A stretch of 64,000 bases of DNA from Longimicrobiales bacterium (lineage in GTDB: Bacteria; Gemmatimonadota; Gemmatimonadetes; Longimicrobiales; Gaopeijiaceae), in NCBI GenBank assembly GCA_965116905.1, contig OZ220732.1, positions 1,888,001-1,952,000 on the forward strand, given 5' to 3'. Every line of letters starts with the position of its first letter. The stretch's first letter is position 1. Below, piece after piece: positions 50,720-61,276 of the stretch. The notes under the pieces are model-generated. The model made no database searches. It was not told where the DNA came from and worked only from the letters and a program-made list of their open reading frames with translations. Made by a program: the position numbers and the translations under genes.

Positions 50720-50742
50720 ACCGAGGAGATACAGAACCAGCC

Positions 50743-51135
50743 ATGATGACCGATCCCATCGCAGACATGCTCACCCGAATCCGGAACGCCGGGAGGGCCG
50801 GGCACCGTTGGGCCGATGTGCCGCTGTCCAAGCTCAAGGTGGAGGTGGCGCGGCTCCTGAAGGAGAACGCTTTCGTCCACGACTTCAAGGTCCTGAACGA
50901 CGGCCGGCACGGTCTCGTTCGCGTCTATCTCAAATACTACGAGGGCGAACCCGTCATCCGGCGCATCGCCCGCGTATCCAGACCGGGCCGGCGGCGCTAC
51001 GTGGGCGTCGCCGACATCCCGCGAGTCCGCAACGGACTGGGAATGGCCATGCTGTCCACGTCCCGGGGCCTGCTCTCCGACCGTGCCGCCCGCGAGGCCG
51101 GCGTGGGTGGCGAGCTTCTCGCAGTGGTCTGGTAG
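50743..51135 (+). CDS. rpsH: 30S ribosomal protein S8
   Basis: [27 protein letters not shown]. Confidence 0.98.
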   Translation: MMTDPIADMLTRIRNAGRAGHRWADVPLSKLKVEVARLLKENAFVHDFKVLNDGRHGLVRVYLKYYEGEPVIRRIARVSRPGRRRYVGVADIPRVRNGLGMAMLSTSRGLLSDRAAREAGVGGELLAVVW

Positions 51136-51143
51136 GAGGTTCG

Positions 51144-51692
51144 ATGTCAAGAATTGGCAAGCAGCCGGTTACGATCCCCAACGGCGTGACGGTCACCCTG
51201 GACGGACAGCAGGTGGCCGCCAAAGGCCCCAATGGGGAGCTGAAGCTGCAGGTGCGTGCCCCGATCCGCGTGGGTTGGGATGGGCAGGAGGGCAAGACGC
51301 TGGTGGTCACGCGCCCCGACGACCAGAAGGAGAACCGGGCGCTGCACGGCCTGACCCGCTCTCTCGTGGCGAACATCGTGGAAGGCGTCAGCCAGGGATT
51401 CAGCAAGACCCTCGAGATCGTGGGCGTGGGCTATCGGGTACAGCCCCAGGGCAAGGGGCTTCGCCTGAGCCTCGGATTCTCGCATCCGATCGACTTTCCG
51501 GCACCGGAAGGGATCAGCTTCGAGACGCCGAACCAGACGACGATCGTGGTGAAGGGCCCGGACAAGCAGCAGGTTGGCCACACGGCCGCCGTAATTCGGG
51601 CCTTTCGTCCGCCGGAGCCATACAAGGGCAAGGGCGTGAGGTACAAGGACGAACACGTCCGGCGCAAGGCCGGCAAGACGGCCGGAGCATGA
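51144..51692 (+). CDS. rplF: 50S ribosomal protein L6
   Basis: [21 protein letters not shown]. Confidence 0.98.
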   Translation: MSRIGKQPVTIPNGVTVTLDGQQVAAKGPNGELKLQVRAPIRVGWDGQEGKTLVVTRPDDQKENRALHGLTRSLVANIVEGVSQGFSKTLEIVGVGYRVQPQGKGLRLSLGFSHPIDFPAPEGISFETPNQTTIVVKGPDKQQVGHTAAVIRAFRPPEPYKGKGVRYKDEHVRRKAGKTAGA

Positions 51693-52081
51693 CGATGATC
51701 AAGCCGAGCAAGTTGAGGAAGAGCCGCCGACTGCAGCGCGAGCGGCGGCACGCGCGCATCCGGAAACGCGTGCACGGTACCGGGAATCGGCCGCGGCTGG
51801 CCGTGCACCGGTCGATTCGCAACATCCAGGGCCAGCTGATCGACGACGACTCGGGCCGGACCCTGATGGGTCTGTCCACGCTGGCTCCCGAACTGAAGGA
51901 TGCGGCCCCCGGCGAGGGGAATCGCAAGGTCGAGGCAGCGCGGGCGGCGGGCAGGCTGCTCGCCGAGAGGGCGCGCGAGCAGGGACACACCAGCGTCGTG
52001 TTCGACCGGGGCGGCTTCCGGTATCACGGCCGCGTACGGGCGTTCGCGGAAGGCGCGCGCGCAGGAGGTCTGTCGTTCTGA
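51689..52081 (+). CDS. rplR: 50S ribosomal protein L18
   Basis: [22 protein letters not shown]. Confidence 0.97.
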   Translation: MTMIKPSKLRKSRRLQRERRHARIRKRVHGTGNRPRLAVHRSIRNIQGQLIDDDSGRTLMGLSTLAPELKDAAPGEGNRKVEAARAAGRLLAERAREQGHTSVVFDRGGFRYHGRVRAFAEGARAGGLSF

Positions 52082-52602
52082 TGGCCAGAGACAAGCGTCC
52101 ACCCCGTGAAGGGGCAGAGCAGGTCGAGAACCTGATCCATATCAACCGCGTGGCAAAGGTCGTGAAGGGGGGGCGCCGCTTCTCCTTTACCGCGCTGGTC
52201 GCGGTAGGCAACCAGGCCGGTCGCGTGGGGATCGCGCACGCCAAGGCCAACGAGGTCGCGGAGGCCATCCGCAAGGCGTTCGAACAGGCCCGCCGATCCA
52301 TGATCGACGTGCCGGTCGCGCACGGAACCATCCCGCACGAGATCATCGGACGCTGGGGAGCGGGCCGGGTGCTGATGCGTCCCGCGGCCCCGGGGACCGG
52401 AGTGATCGCCGGCGGTCCGGTGCGCGCCGTGCTCGAGGCGGCGGGCATTACCGACGTGCTGACCAAGAGCCTGGGCACAAACAACCCGATCAATGTCGTG
52501 CGCGCCACGGTCGACGGGCTGGAAAACCTGGTTACCGCGTACGATGTCGCTGCCGAGCGGGGTATTTCGGTTGAAGAACTTGGAGTGCTGAATCGTGGCT
52601 AG
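52081..52602 (+). CDS. rpsE: 30S ribosomal protein S5
   Basis: [22 protein letters not shown]. Confidence 0.98.
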   Translation: MARDKRPPREGAEQVENLIHINRVAKVVKGGRRFSFTALVAVGNQAGRVGIAHAKANEVAEAIRKAFEQARRSMIDVPVAHGTIPHEIIGRWGAGRVLMRPAAPGTGVIAGGPVRAVLEAAGITDVLTKSLGTNNPINVVRATVDGLENLVTAYDVAAERGISVEELGVLNRG

Positions 52603-52780
52603 ACGTATTAGGATCACTCAGGTGCGCAGCGCCGTAGGGCGTCAGAAGGTGCAGCGACGCACCCTTCAGGCGCTCGGAATCCGGCGGCACCAGCAGGCGG
52701 TGGTCCACGACGACACGCCTGCGATCCGCGGAATGATCGCGAAAGTGGATTACCTGGTAGAGGTCACGGAGGTGGATTGA
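52595..52780 (+). CDS. rpmD: 50S ribosomal protein L30
   Basis: [23 protein letters not shown]. Confidence 0.95.
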   Translation: MARRIRITQVRSAVGRQKVQRRTLQALGIRRHQQAVVHDDTPAIRGMIAKVDYLVEVTEVD

Positions 52781-52783
52781 CCG

Positions 52784-53293
52784 ATGATCGAGCTTCACAA
52801 TCTGCGGTCCCCCAAGGGCTCCCGCCGGTCGCGCAAGCGCGTGGGGCGCGGACCCGGCTCAGGCAAGGGCAAGAGGTCGGGCAGGGGAGACAAGGGACAG
52901 AACGCGCGCTCGGGCGGCGGCGTGCCGGCCTGGTTCGAAGGTGGCCAGATGCCCCTTCAGCGCCGGATCCCGAAGCGGGGGTTCAAGAACCGCAACCGAA
53001 TCGAATACCAGGTCGTCAACGTAGGTGATCTGCACGTCGCGAGTGGCGACGCAACGCTCGAGGGGCTCAGGGCGGTGGGGCTGGTCCGATCTCTTCGCCG
53101 TCCGGTGAAGATTCTCGGGCACGGCGAAATCGCCGTGGCGGTCGACTGCTCGGCCCACGCCGTGTCCGCCAGCGCGCGCAGGAAGATCGAAGCCGCCGGC
53201 GGCTCGGTGGCGATCATCCCGCTGCGCGGTGGGGAAGATCACGGGGAAGACCGCGGGGAAGATCACGGGGACGATCCCGGGGAAGATCAATAG
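52784..53293 (+). CDS. rplO: 50S ribosomal protein L15 with repetitive acidic C-terminal tail
   Basis: [28 protein letters not shown]. Confidence 0.97.
   Translation: MIELHNLRSPKGSRRSRKRVGRGPGSGKGKRSGRGDKGQNARSGGGVPAWFEGGQMPLQRRIPKRGFKNRNRIEYQVVNVGDLHVASGDATLEGLRAVGLVRSLRRPVKILGHGEIAVAVDCSAHAVSASARRKIEAAGGSVAIIPLRGGEDHGEDRGEDHGDDPGEDQ
53231..53290 (+). repeat. Five imperfect 12-bp tandem repeats (ggggaagatcac) encoding [20 protein letters not shown]
   Basis: Read directly at the 3' end of rplO. Confidence 0.9.
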
Positions 53294-53329
53294 TGCGTCC
53301 GGCGGCGGACAGGGGAAGGGGCCCCGACA

Positions 53330-54643
53330 ATGGCTAATCCGATTCCGAATCTCTTCCGTGCCCCGGAGCTGAAGAAGAAGATCCTCTTCACGCTCCTGAT
53401 CATGCTGGTGTATCGGATCGGTTCGCACATCACGGTGCCCGGCGTCGACGTCGGCGCGCTCCAGGCGCTCTCCGGCCAGTTTTCCGGCACCTTCCTCGGC
53501 GTGTACGACATGTTCGTCGGGGGGGGCCTGAGCCGGGCCACGATCTTCGCGCTGGGGATCATGCCCTACATCTCGGCGAGCATCATGTTCCAGCTGCTCG
53601 CCGCGGTCTTCCCGACCGTCGAGAAACTGCAGAAAGAGGGAGAACAGGGGCGGAAGAAGCTGACACAGTGGACCCGCTACACCACGGTCCTGCTCTGTCT
53701 CATTCAGTCCTACGCCTACGCCTCCTTCCTGCAGAGCCTGGGCGAGGCGGTTCGCGTGCCCGGCATGGGCTTCGCCTTTTCGACGGTGATCACCCTTACC
53801 GTCGGCGGCATCTTCATCATGTGGATGGGTGAGCAGATCACGGAGAGGGGCATCGGCAACGGGATGTCGCTGATGATCTTCTTCTCGATCATTCAGGGCT
53901 TCCCCCAGGCCATCGTGCGCACGTGGGAATCGCTGATGATCGGCGAGATCGGCCTGTTCGAAATCGTGGCGCTGCTCGCGGTGGTCGTGGGCATTACGGC
54001 GGGCGTCGTGGCGATGACCATGGCGGCTCGAAAAATACCCGTGCAGATACCCCGCAAGGTCGTCGGCCGCGGACGCATCCGCGAGGGACAGAAGAGCTTC
54101 GTTCCCCTGCGCATCAACTCGGCCGGGGTGATGCCCATCATCTTCGCCCAGTCCTTCATCGTCGTTCCCGGCACGCTCGCCGCCTTCAGCTCGGTTCCGT
54201 TCATTGCGGACCTGGCGGACATCTTCCAACCCGGAAACTGGGCGTACTACCTCACGTACGCCGCGCTGATCGTCTTCTTCACCTACTTCTACACGGCCAT
54301 CATCTTCAATCCGGTCGATCTGGCCGAGAACCTCAAGAAGCAGGGCGCCTTCATCCCGGGAGTGAAACCGGGCACGCGGACGGCCGAGTACATCGACCGG
54401 ATCCTCACCCGGGTCACCCTGCCGGGCTCGGTCTACCTGGCACTGATCGCACTGGTCCCGTTCTGGATTTTCGACATCTTCGCGATCCAGAACTTCTTCT
54501 TCGGCGGCACCAGCCTGCTCATCGTCGTGGGCGTGGGCCTCGACACCGTCCAGCAGGCGCAACAGCATCTGTTGCTCCGGCACTACGACGGCTTCATGAA
54601 GAAGGGTCGCGTCAAGATGCGCGGCCGCCAGCGCTACGTGTAG
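53330..54643 (+). CDS. secY: Preprotein translocase subunit SecY
   Basis: FALGIMPYISASI, GIGNGMS, AGVMPIIFA, GGTSLLIVVGV. Confidence 0.98.
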   Translation: MANPIPNLFRAPELKKKILFTLLIMLVYRIGSHITVPGVDVGALQALSGQFSGTFLGVYDMFVGGGLSRATIFALGIMPYISASIMFQLLAAVFPTVEKLQKEGEQGRKKLTQWTRYTTVLLCLIQSYAYASFLQSLGEAVRVPGMGFAFSTVITLTVGGIFIMWMGEQITERGIGNGMSLMIFFSIIQGFPQAIVRTWESLMIGEIGLFEIVALLAVVVGITAGVVAMTMAARKIPVQIPRKVVGRGRIREGQKSFVPLRINSAGVMPIIFAQSFIVVPGTLAAFSSVPFIADLADIFQPGNWAYYLTYAALIVFFTYFYTAIIFNPVDLAENLKKQGAFIPGVKPGTRTAEYIDRILTRVTLPGSVYLALIALVPFWIFDIFAIQNFFFGGTSLLIVVGVGLDTVQQAQQHLLLRHYDGFMKKGRVKMRGRQRYV

Positions 54644-54656
54644 CCGTCCCATCCCC

Positions 54657-55349
54657 ATGAGCGGAGCGCAATCCCCTGGCCGGGTCATCGTCCTCCTTGG
54701 TTCGCCGGGAGTCGGCAAGGGTACCCAGGGGATCCGCCTTGGCCGGACCACGGGCTGGGCTCACGTGTCGACGGGCGACCTGTTGCGCGCGGCGCTGAAG
54801 GCCGGCACAACGCTGGGCCTCGAGGCGCGAAGGTTCATGGACGCCGGTGAACTCGTGCCCGACAAGGTGATGGTGGACCTGGTGCGCGAGCACCTGGTGG
54901 CGCTGGGTTCCGACAGGGGCGTCGTTTTCGACGGGTTCCCGCGAACGGTTCCGCAGGCGGAGGCGCTGGCGGCCGTTCTCTCGGAGGAAGGGCGCAGCGT
55001 CAACCAGGTCGTGCTTCTGGATGCCGACGAGGAAGTGCTGGTGAAGCGCATCTCGGGGCGCCGGTCCTCTCCGAGCGGGCGGGTGTACAACGTTCACTTC
55101 GACCCCCCCCGCCGGGCGGGCTTTTGCGACGACACCGGCGAACCCCTGATCCACCGTGCCGACGATCAGCCCGAGACGGTGCGCACGCGCCTTGCGGTCT
55201 ATCGCGAGGCCACCGCCCCGCTCGTGGGTTACTACGAAGCGAGGGGCGTGCTCGTGCGCGTCGATGGGGAAGGGGACATCGCGCATGTGCAGACCGCGCT
55301 GCTGGATGCGGTGGGTGTCGCGCGCGGCTCCGGCGTAGCGGGCGATTGA
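54657..55349 (+). CDS. adk: Adenylate kinase
   Basis: GSPGVGKGTQ, STGDLLR, DGFPRTVPQA. Confidence 0.97.
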   Translation: MSGAQSPGRVIVLLGSPGVGKGTQGIRLGRTTGWAHVSTGDLLRAALKAGTTLGLEARRFMDAGELVPDKVMVDLVREHLVALGSDRGVVFDGFPRTVPQAEALAAVLSEEGRSVNQVVLLDADEEVLVKRISGRRSSPSGRVYNVHFDPPRRAGFCDDTGEPLIHRADDQPETVRTRLAVYREATAPLVGYYEARGVLVRVDGEGDIAHVQTALLDAVGVARGSGVAGD

Positions 55350-56185
55350 TGGCCAGACGTTCGCGCAAGGCGATCCACCTGAAATCTCCCGAGGAAATCG
55401 AGGCGATTTCGGACTGCGGCGACATCATCTCCGGTCTCTTCGACGAGATCGAGCCGCTTGTGCGGCCCGGGGTCGCCACGGCGGCACTGGACCGCTTCGT
55501 GGAGGACTTCGTGCGCGCTCACGAGGGTGCGGTACCGGCGTTCAAGGGCCTGTACGGCTTCCCCGGCAGCGCCTGCATCTCCATCAACGAGGAGGTGGTG
55601 CACGGCATCCCGTCGAAGCGCACGCTGCGGGACGGCGATATCGTCTCGATCGACGTGGGTGTGAGACGGAAGGGCTGGTGCGCCGACTCGGCCTACACCT
55701 TTGCCGTGGGGGAAATCGGACCCGAGGCGGCCGACCTCGCGGCGGCGACGTACGCGTCCCTGGTGGCGGCGGTGGCCGCTGCCCGGCCCGGTGGACACGT
55801 CGGCGACATCGGCGCGGCCGTCGTCGACACGGTGAGCGAGAGCGGCTACAGGATCATCCGCGACCTCGTCGGTCATGGCGTGGGGCGCGACATTCACGAG
55901 GAGCCGCAGGTGTCGAACATCGGCCGCGCGGGTTACGGCGTGCCGCTCCGGCCGGGAATGGTGCTGGCCATCGAACCGATGCTCGCGATCGGGACCGACG
56001 AGATCACGACCCTCGGCGACAAGTGGACGGTCGCGACGCTCGACGGAACACTGTCGGCCCACTACGAACACACCGTGGCGATCACGGCCGAAGGCCCGCG
56101 CATTCTGACCGGCGGCGGCATCTGGGACAGAACCGGGGCTACCGGAGAGAAACGATCCGAGCTATCTTTAAAAGCTGTGCTTTGA
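55349..56185 (+). CDS. map: Methionine aminopeptidase type I
   Basis: SINEEVVHGIP, DIVSIDVG, GHGVG..HEEP, AIEPM, SAHYEHTV. Confidence 0.97.
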   Translation: MARRSRKAIHLKSPEEIEAISDCGDIISGLFDEIEPLVRPGVATAALDRFVEDFVRAHEGAVPAFKGLYGFPGSACISINEEVVHGIPSKRTLRDGDIVSIDVGVRRKGWCADSAYTFAVGEIGPEAADLAAATYASLVAAVAAARPGGHVGDIGAAVVDTVSESGYRIIRDLVGHGVGRDIHEEPQVSNIGRAGYGVPLRPGMVLAIEPMLAIGTDEITTLGDKWTVATLDGTLSAHYEHTVAITAEGPRILTGGGIWDRTGATGEKRSELSLKAVL

Positions 56186-56221
56186 ACAATTTGGCCCACG
56201 CCGACCAGGGAGCCCGTCAAC

Positions 56222-56338
56222 GTGAAGGTCCGCACCAGCGTAAAACCCATGTGTGAGTACTGCCGCGTCGTCCGCAGGAAGGGCGTCGTCCGCATCATCT
56301 GCAGCCGGAATCCCCGGCACAAGCAGCGCCAGGGCTGA
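56222..56338 (+). CDS. rpmJ: 50S ribosomal protein L36 (Zn-ribbon, C+ type)
   Basis: Not in the ORF track; GTG start, [38 protein letters not shown]. Confidence 0.96.
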   Translation: MKVRTSVKPMCEYCRVVRRKGVVRIICSRNPRHKQRQG

Positions 56339-56348
56339 GGACGGGACC

Positions 56349-56729
56349 ATGGCACGCATCGCAGGAGTCGATCTTCCCAGGGGCAAGCGGATCGAGGTCG
56401 CGCTCACGTACGTGTACGGCGTGGGGCGCACATCGTCGAGGCAGATCCTGGAGGCTACGGGCATCAATCCCGATCTTCGCACCCACGAGCTGACGGACCA
56501 GGATGCGAGTCGGCTGCGGCGCGAGATCGAGCAGCACTACAAGGTCGAGGGCGCGTTGCGCACCGAGGTGTCCATGAACATCAAGCGTCTCATGGACATC
56601 GGCTGCTACCGCGGCCTGCGGCATCGCCGGGGCCTGCCCGTGCGGGGACAGCGGACCCATACGAACGCGCGCACCAAGAAGGGGCCCAGGCGTGCCATCG
56701 CGGGCAAGAAGAAGGCTCCCAAGAAGTAG
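56349..56729 (+). CDS. rpsM: 30S ribosomal protein S13
   Basis: [32 protein letters not shown]. Confidence 0.98.
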   Translation: MARIAGVDLPRGKRIEVALTYVYGVGRTSSRQILEATGINPDLRTHELTDQDASRLRREIEQHYKVEGALRTEVSMNIKRLMDIGCYRGLRHRRGLPVRGQRTHTNARTKKGPRRAIAGKKKAPKK

Positions 56730-56799
56730 CCGGGTGCATCGGATAACCCTAACGAGCGGATTTTCAGGCGCGGGGTAGTGCCCCGCAGGAAGGTGCCGG

Positions 56800-57192
56800 T
56801 TGGCAAACCCCAGATCGACGCGGACAAAGAAATCGAAGAAGGTCGTCGCGGCCGAAGGCGTCGCGCATATCAAGGCGACGTTCAACAACACCATCATCAC
56901 GATCGCGGACCAGGCGGGGAACGTCCTGGTATGGGCGACGGCGGGTACGGCCGGCTTCAAGGGATCCAAGAAGTCCACGCCGTTCGCCGCTACCATGGCC
57001 GCCGAGCAGGCCGGCCGTGACGCCGTCGCGATGGGTGTCCGGCAGATCATCGTCCGGGTGCAGGGACCCGGGTCCGGGAGGGAATCCGCGATCCAGGCGC
57101 TCGCGGCCGCCGGGTTGACCATCGTCTCGATTCACGATGTGACGCCTCTGCCGCACAACGGCTGCAGGCCGCCGAAGAAACGCCGCGTCTGA
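56800..57192 (+). CDS. rpsK: 30S ribosomal protein S11 (TTG start)
   Basis: [35 protein letters not shown]. Confidence 0.97.
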   Translation: MANPRSTRTKKSKKVVAAEGVAHIKATFNNTIITIADQAGNVLVWATAGTAGFKGSKKSTPFAATMAAEQAGRDAVAMGVRQIIVRVQGPGSGRESAIQALAAAGLTIVSIHDVTPLPHNGCRPPKKRRV

Positions 57193-57214
57193 CCGAAGAA
57201 GAGACTCCACGATT

Positions 57215-57850
57215 ATGGCACGATACACAGGTCCGGTTTGCAAGCGTTGCCGCAGGGAGGGGCAGAAGCTCTTCCTGAAGGGCGCCAAGTGCTACACCGA
57301 AAAATGTCCCGTCGAGCGACGCCAGTATCCGCCGGGCCACCATGGTCCGGCGTCGGTCAGGCGCCGCAAACAGTCCGACTATGCGGTGCAGTTGCGCGAG
57401 AAACAGAAGGTCAAGCGCATCTACGGACTGCACGAGAAGCAGTTCCGCAACCTGTTCGAGTACGCCGCCGGGCGGCCGGGTGTCACGGGCGAAAACCTCA
57501 TCATCGCCCTTGAGAGCCGTCTCGACAACGTGGTCTTCCGGATGGGTCTGGCGGCCAGCCGCCGCCAGGCTCGACAGCTGGTCCGGCACCGCCACGTCGC
57601 CGTGAACGGGTCCACGGTGGACATACCGAGCTATCGGCTCGCCGCCGGCGACGAAGTCGCGCTGCGCTCGAAGTCCCGCGAGCTGGACCTGGTTGCCGCG
57701 AGTCTCGAGGCACGCACCCGGCCACCGCTGCTGGACTGGCTGTCGCTCGATGAGAAGAAGCGGGTCGGCAGAGTCGTGCGGGCACCCACGCGGGGAGACA
57801 TTCCTCTCGCCGCACAGGAACAATTGATCGTCGAACTCTATTCCAAGTGA
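57215..57850 (+). CDS. rpsD: 30S ribosomal protein S4
   Basis: MARYTGPVCKRCRREG, LESRLDNVV, LIVELYSK. Confidence 0.98.
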   Translation: MARYTGPVCKRCRREGQKLFLKGAKCYTEKCPVERRQYPPGHHGPASVRRRKQSDYAVQLREKQKVKRIYGLHEKQFRNLFEYAAGRPGVTGENLIIALESRLDNVVFRMGLAASRRQARQLVRHRHVAVNGSTVDIPSYRLAAGDEVALRSKSRELDLVAASLEARTRPPLLDWLSLDEKKRVGRVVRAPTRGDIPLAAQEQLIVELYSK

Positions 57851-57926
57851 CCCTGCGGAGGGCCGCAACGCCGGCGATTCACGGGGATTCAAACGGGCTA
57901 CAAACCAGGCCAGGGGGATACCAACG

Positions 57927-58970
57927 GTGACTTTGGAGCTTGATCTTTCAGGTCTCGTTCTTCCCGAACGCATCGAGATGGCGGAGACGTCGGAGGACGG
58001 CCGTTCCGCGGTCTTCGTCCTCGAACCGCTGGAGCGGGGCTTCGGGCATACGCTGGGCAACTCGGTCCGCCGCGTACTGCTTTCCTCGCTGAAGGGATCT
58101 GCGGTATGGGCTTTCCGGATCGACGGAGTGGTCCACGAGCACCAGACCATCGGTTCGGTGGTGGAGGATGTTCACCAGATCATCCAGAACCTGAAGTCGC
58201 TCGTGGTCAGCCTCGACGACGATGTCGACGAAGCGGTCCTGTCCATCCAGGCGACCCGGGCGGGCCCGATCAGCGCGCGCCAGATCAAGGCCCCGGGTTC
58301 GGTTACGATCCACGACCCCGAGCATCACATCCTTACGCTGCAGGACGACCGGGAACTCAATGTCGAACTCCGCGTGAACAAGGGACGGGGCTTCGTGCTC
58401 GCGGATCAGGGCCCGGTGTCGACGGACTCGCCGGTCGATCTGGTTCGAATCGACGCGATCTACAATCCGGTGTTGCGCGCGAACTTCACCGTTGAAGAGA
58501 CGCGCGTCGGTCAGAGGACCGACTTCGACAAGCTCTCGATCCATGTGGAGACCGACGGGTCGGTCGACCCGGAAAGCGCCATTCGGTACTCGGCGGAACT
58601 GGTACGGAAGCATCTGGAGTACATGCTCTACTTCTCGATCGGCGGACTCCCCGACGACGAACCGAGCGCGCCCGCACCGGTCCCGGAGAAGATGATCGAG
58701 CTGTTCCACACCTCGATCCGGGAAGTGGCCGAGTTGAGCGTCCGGTCGCGGAACGCCTTGAAGAGGGAGTCGATCGACACGCTAGGAGAGCTGATCAGCC
58801 GTACCGAGGAGGAGATGCTGGACATCGACAACTTCGGCAAGAAATCGTTGAAGGAGATGCAGGATATCCTGGCGGTGCACGGGCTGCGGTTCGGGATGAG
58901 AATCGAGGAGGGGGACGACGGGCGGCTCTTCTTCATCCACGAGGGTGCCGCCGAGCCGACGGGGGAATAG
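57927..58970 (+). CDS. rpoA: RNA polymerase alpha subunit
   Basis: EPLERGFGHTLGNSVRRVLLSS, RVGQRTDFDKL, LSVRSRNAL, NFGKKSL. Confidence 0.98.
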   Translation: MTLELDLSGLVLPERIEMAETSEDGRSAVFVLEPLERGFGHTLGNSVRRVLLSSLKGSAVWAFRIDGVVHEHQTIGSVVEDVHQIIQNLKSLVVSLDDDVDEAVLSIQATRAGPISARQIKAPGSVTIHDPEHHILTLQDDRELNVELRVNKGRGFVLADQGPVSTDSPVDLVRIDAIYNPVLRANFTVEETRVGQRTDFDKLSIHVETDGSVDPESAIRYSAELVRKHLEYMLYFSIGGLPDDEPSAPAPVPEKMIELFHTSIREVAELSVRSRNALKRESIDTLGELISRTEEEMLDIDNFGKKSLKEMQDILAVHGLRFGMRIEEGDDGRLFFIHEGAAEPTGE

Positions 58971-58973
58971 GTC

Positions 58974-59324
58974 ATGCGTCACAGAAAAAAGGGCAGAAGC
59001 CTCTCGCGTTCGCCGAGTCACCGCAAGGCCTTGCTCAGGAACATGGCGACATCGCTTTTCGAGCACGAGCGGATCACGACGACCACGGCCCGGGCCAAGG
59101 AGCTGCGCCCGTACGCGGAGCGCCTGATTACGCTCGCCAAGCGGGGAGACCTGCACGCGCGCCGGATGGCGGCCCGCCGGATCGCCGACCGCGGCGTGCT
59201 TGGCAAGCTCTTCGACGACATCGCTCCGCGGTACGCCGAGCGCCCGGGAGGCTACACCCGCATTCTGAAGCTGGGAAACCGCAAGGGTGACGCCGCCGAA
59301 ATGGCGCTGATCGAGCTAGTGTGA
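58974..59324 (+). CDS. rplQ: 50S ribosomal protein L17
   Basis: [26 protein letters not shown]. Confidence 0.98.
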   Translation: MRHRKKGRSLSRSPSHRKALLRNMATSLFEHERITTTTARAKELRPYAERLITLAKRGDLHARRMAARRIADRGVLGKLFDDIAPRYAERPGGYTRILKLGNRKGDAAEMALIELV

Positions 59325-59397
59325 TAGAATCGGGCGGCACGGGAAGGTTCCGCGGAACCTCGACAGGCGAACTTGGAACGCGCAAAGGATAGGCCAG

Positions 59398-59958
59398 ATG
59401 GTAACGTTGCTGAAGTCCCGCTCGGGTGCCGTTCGACCGGGGACCCTGCTGATGCTGCTGAGCTTCCTGGTAGTCGGAGGGTTTCTGTACTGGCTCTCCG
59501 TTACGGCCGAGCCGACCGAGGTCGTGGTCGAGGAGCCCGAAGACGACGTGATGGTGAACGAGGTCGGCTTTGCGGACTTTTCCAGCGGACCGGCGGGCTA
59601 CGTGGGGCAGGAACTCACCCTGCGGAGCGTCGCGGTGACCAGCCTGTTGCGGCCCCACGCCTTCTGGACCAACCTGGCGGACCAGCAGCAGACGGCCTAC
59701 CTGCTGCATCTCTCCGACCCGCTCCTGGCCGACTCCGTGTCGGTGGACATGGGGATGATCGTGGACGTCACGGGAACGGTCATGGAGATGTCCGATTCCA
59801 TCCTGGACGCCTGGGAGGCCGCGGGAGCCTTCCCGAACGAGATCGATCGCCTCACGGCCGAGTTCGCGGAGACCTTTATCGAGGTTACCGTCCTCGGCGG
59901 CGACGAGTCGGTTGACGAATCCTCCGAGGCCGGCGAGGCTTCCGAGCCTTCCTCCTGA
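59398..59958 (+). CDS. Hypothetical membrane-anchored acidic protein
   Basis: Single N-terminal TM helix (LLMLLSFLVVGGFLYWL), GC3-rich codon usage, OB-fold-like strands. Confidence 0.7.
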   Translation: MVTLLKSRSGAVRPGTLLMLLSFLVVGGFLYWLSVTAEPTEVVVEEPEDDVMVNEVGFADFSSGPAGYVGQELTLRSVAVTSLLRPHAFWTNLADQQQTAYLLHLSDPLLADSVSVDMGMIVDVTGTVMEMSDSILDAWEAAGAFPNEIDRLTAEFAETFIEVTVLGGDESVDESSEAGEASEPSS

Positions 59959-61276
59959 GACGGTCTCCGCGCCGGCATCGGGTGACGCCGTGCTCGGGGT
60001 TGTGGGCCTCGGGTATGTTGGCCTGCCGCTGGCCGCAGAGGCCGTCGGGCACGGGATACGTGTCATCGGTTTCGATGTCGATGCCGAGGTCGTCGGCGGC
60101 GTCAACCAGGGCCGGAGCCACATCGCGGACCTGCCCGGATCGGCGGTTGCGAGTGCGCGGGAACGCGGGTTGCTCGAGGCCACCACGGACATGGGGCGCC
60201 TGGCGGGGTGCGACGTGGTGTCGATTTGCGTGCCCACCCCCCTTTCCAAGACCAGGGATCCGGACATCTCGCACGTTCTGGCTGCGGCCGAGGCCGTCGC
60301 CGCAGTCCTCCGGGAGGGACAGCTCATCGTGCTGGAGTCGACAACCTATCCGGGCACGACCCGCGAAGTCGTGTTGCCGATCCTCGGCCGGAGCGGCCTC
60401 GAGGCCGGCGTCGACTTCCATCTGTGCTTCTCGCCCGAGCGCGTGGACCCGGGCAACGAGATCTGGAAGACCGGAAACACGCCGCGCATCATCGGCGGCG
60501 TGACGCCGCAGTGCACCGAGGCCGGCAGGGCATTCTACTCGCGGTTCGTGGACGAGATCGTGACGGTGTCTTCCGCCGAAGCCGCCGAGTTGGCGAAGAT
60601 CCTCGAGAACGCATTTCGAGCGGTCAACATCGGACTGGTCAACGAGATGGCGCTGATCGCCGACAGGCTCGGGCTCGACATTTGGGAGGTGATCGAGGCC
60701 GCGGCCACCAAGCCGTTCGGGTTCATGAAATTCACGCCCGGGCCGGGTCTCGGTGGCCATTGTCTGCCTGTCGATCCGCACTACCTGTCGTGGAAGATGC
60801 GTGCGATGGACTACCGCACCCGGTTCATCGAGATGGCCTCGGAGATCAACGCCGAGATGCCCACGTTCGTCGTGGGCAAGGTCCGGGACGCGCTCAACGG
60901 GGCGCGCAAGCCCGTGAACGGGTCGCGGATCGTGCTGCTCGGCGTGGCGTTCAAGAAGAATGTGGACGACGTGCGTGAATCTCCCGCGATGGACATCCTC
61001 GAACTCCTGGAACGTGACGGGGCGGAGGTGCTGTACCACGATCCGCACGTGCCGGAATGGCCCACCCGGGACGGGCGCGTGCTCCGATCCCGGCCGTTCA
61101 GCGGGGGACTGCTGGAGGGAGCGGACGCGGTCGTGATCGTGACCGATCACGACGGGTTCGATGCTCGGGAGATCTATCGGCGCTCGCCGATTCTCGTGGA
61201 TGCGCGAAACGCGACCGCCTCGGTGCCGGAATCCCGGCAGACTTCCCGCCCACAGCGCTGGATCGTAAAGGGATGA
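59912..61276 (+). CDS. UDP-N-acetyl-hexosamine (nucleotide sugar) dehydrogenase, WbpA/WecC-like
   Basis: GLGYVGLP, ICVPTP, ESTTYPGTT, SPERVDPG, GPGLGGHCLPVDP, DVRESPA; start uncertain. Confidence 0.92.
   Translation: MTNPPRPARLPSLPPETVSAPASGDAVLGVVGLGYVGLPLAAEAVGHGIRVIGFDVDAEVVGGVNQGRSHIADLPGSAVASARERGLLEATTDMGRLAGCDVVSICVPTPLSKTRDPDISHVLAAAEAVAAVLREGQLIVLESTTYPGTTREVVLPILGRSGLEAGVDFHLCFSPERVDPGNEIWKTGNTPRIIGGVTPQCTEAGRAFYSRFVDEIVTVSSAEAAELAKILENAFRAVNIGLVNEMALIADRLGLDIWEVIEAAATKPFGFMKFTPGPGLGGHCLPVDPHYLSWKMRAMDYRTRFIEMASEINAEMPTFVVGKVRDALNGARKPVNGSRIVLLGVAFKKNVDDVRESPAMDILELLERDGAEVLYHDPHVPEWPTRDGRVLRSRPFSGGLLEGADAVVIVTDHDGFDAREIYRRSPILVDARNATASVPESRQTSRPQRWIVKG

Noticed and set aside
59345..59360. 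Perfect palindrome aggttccgcggaacct after rplQ as an intrinsic terminator
   Set aside because: A hairpin is plausible, but no U-tract follows, so it is not called as a terminator.
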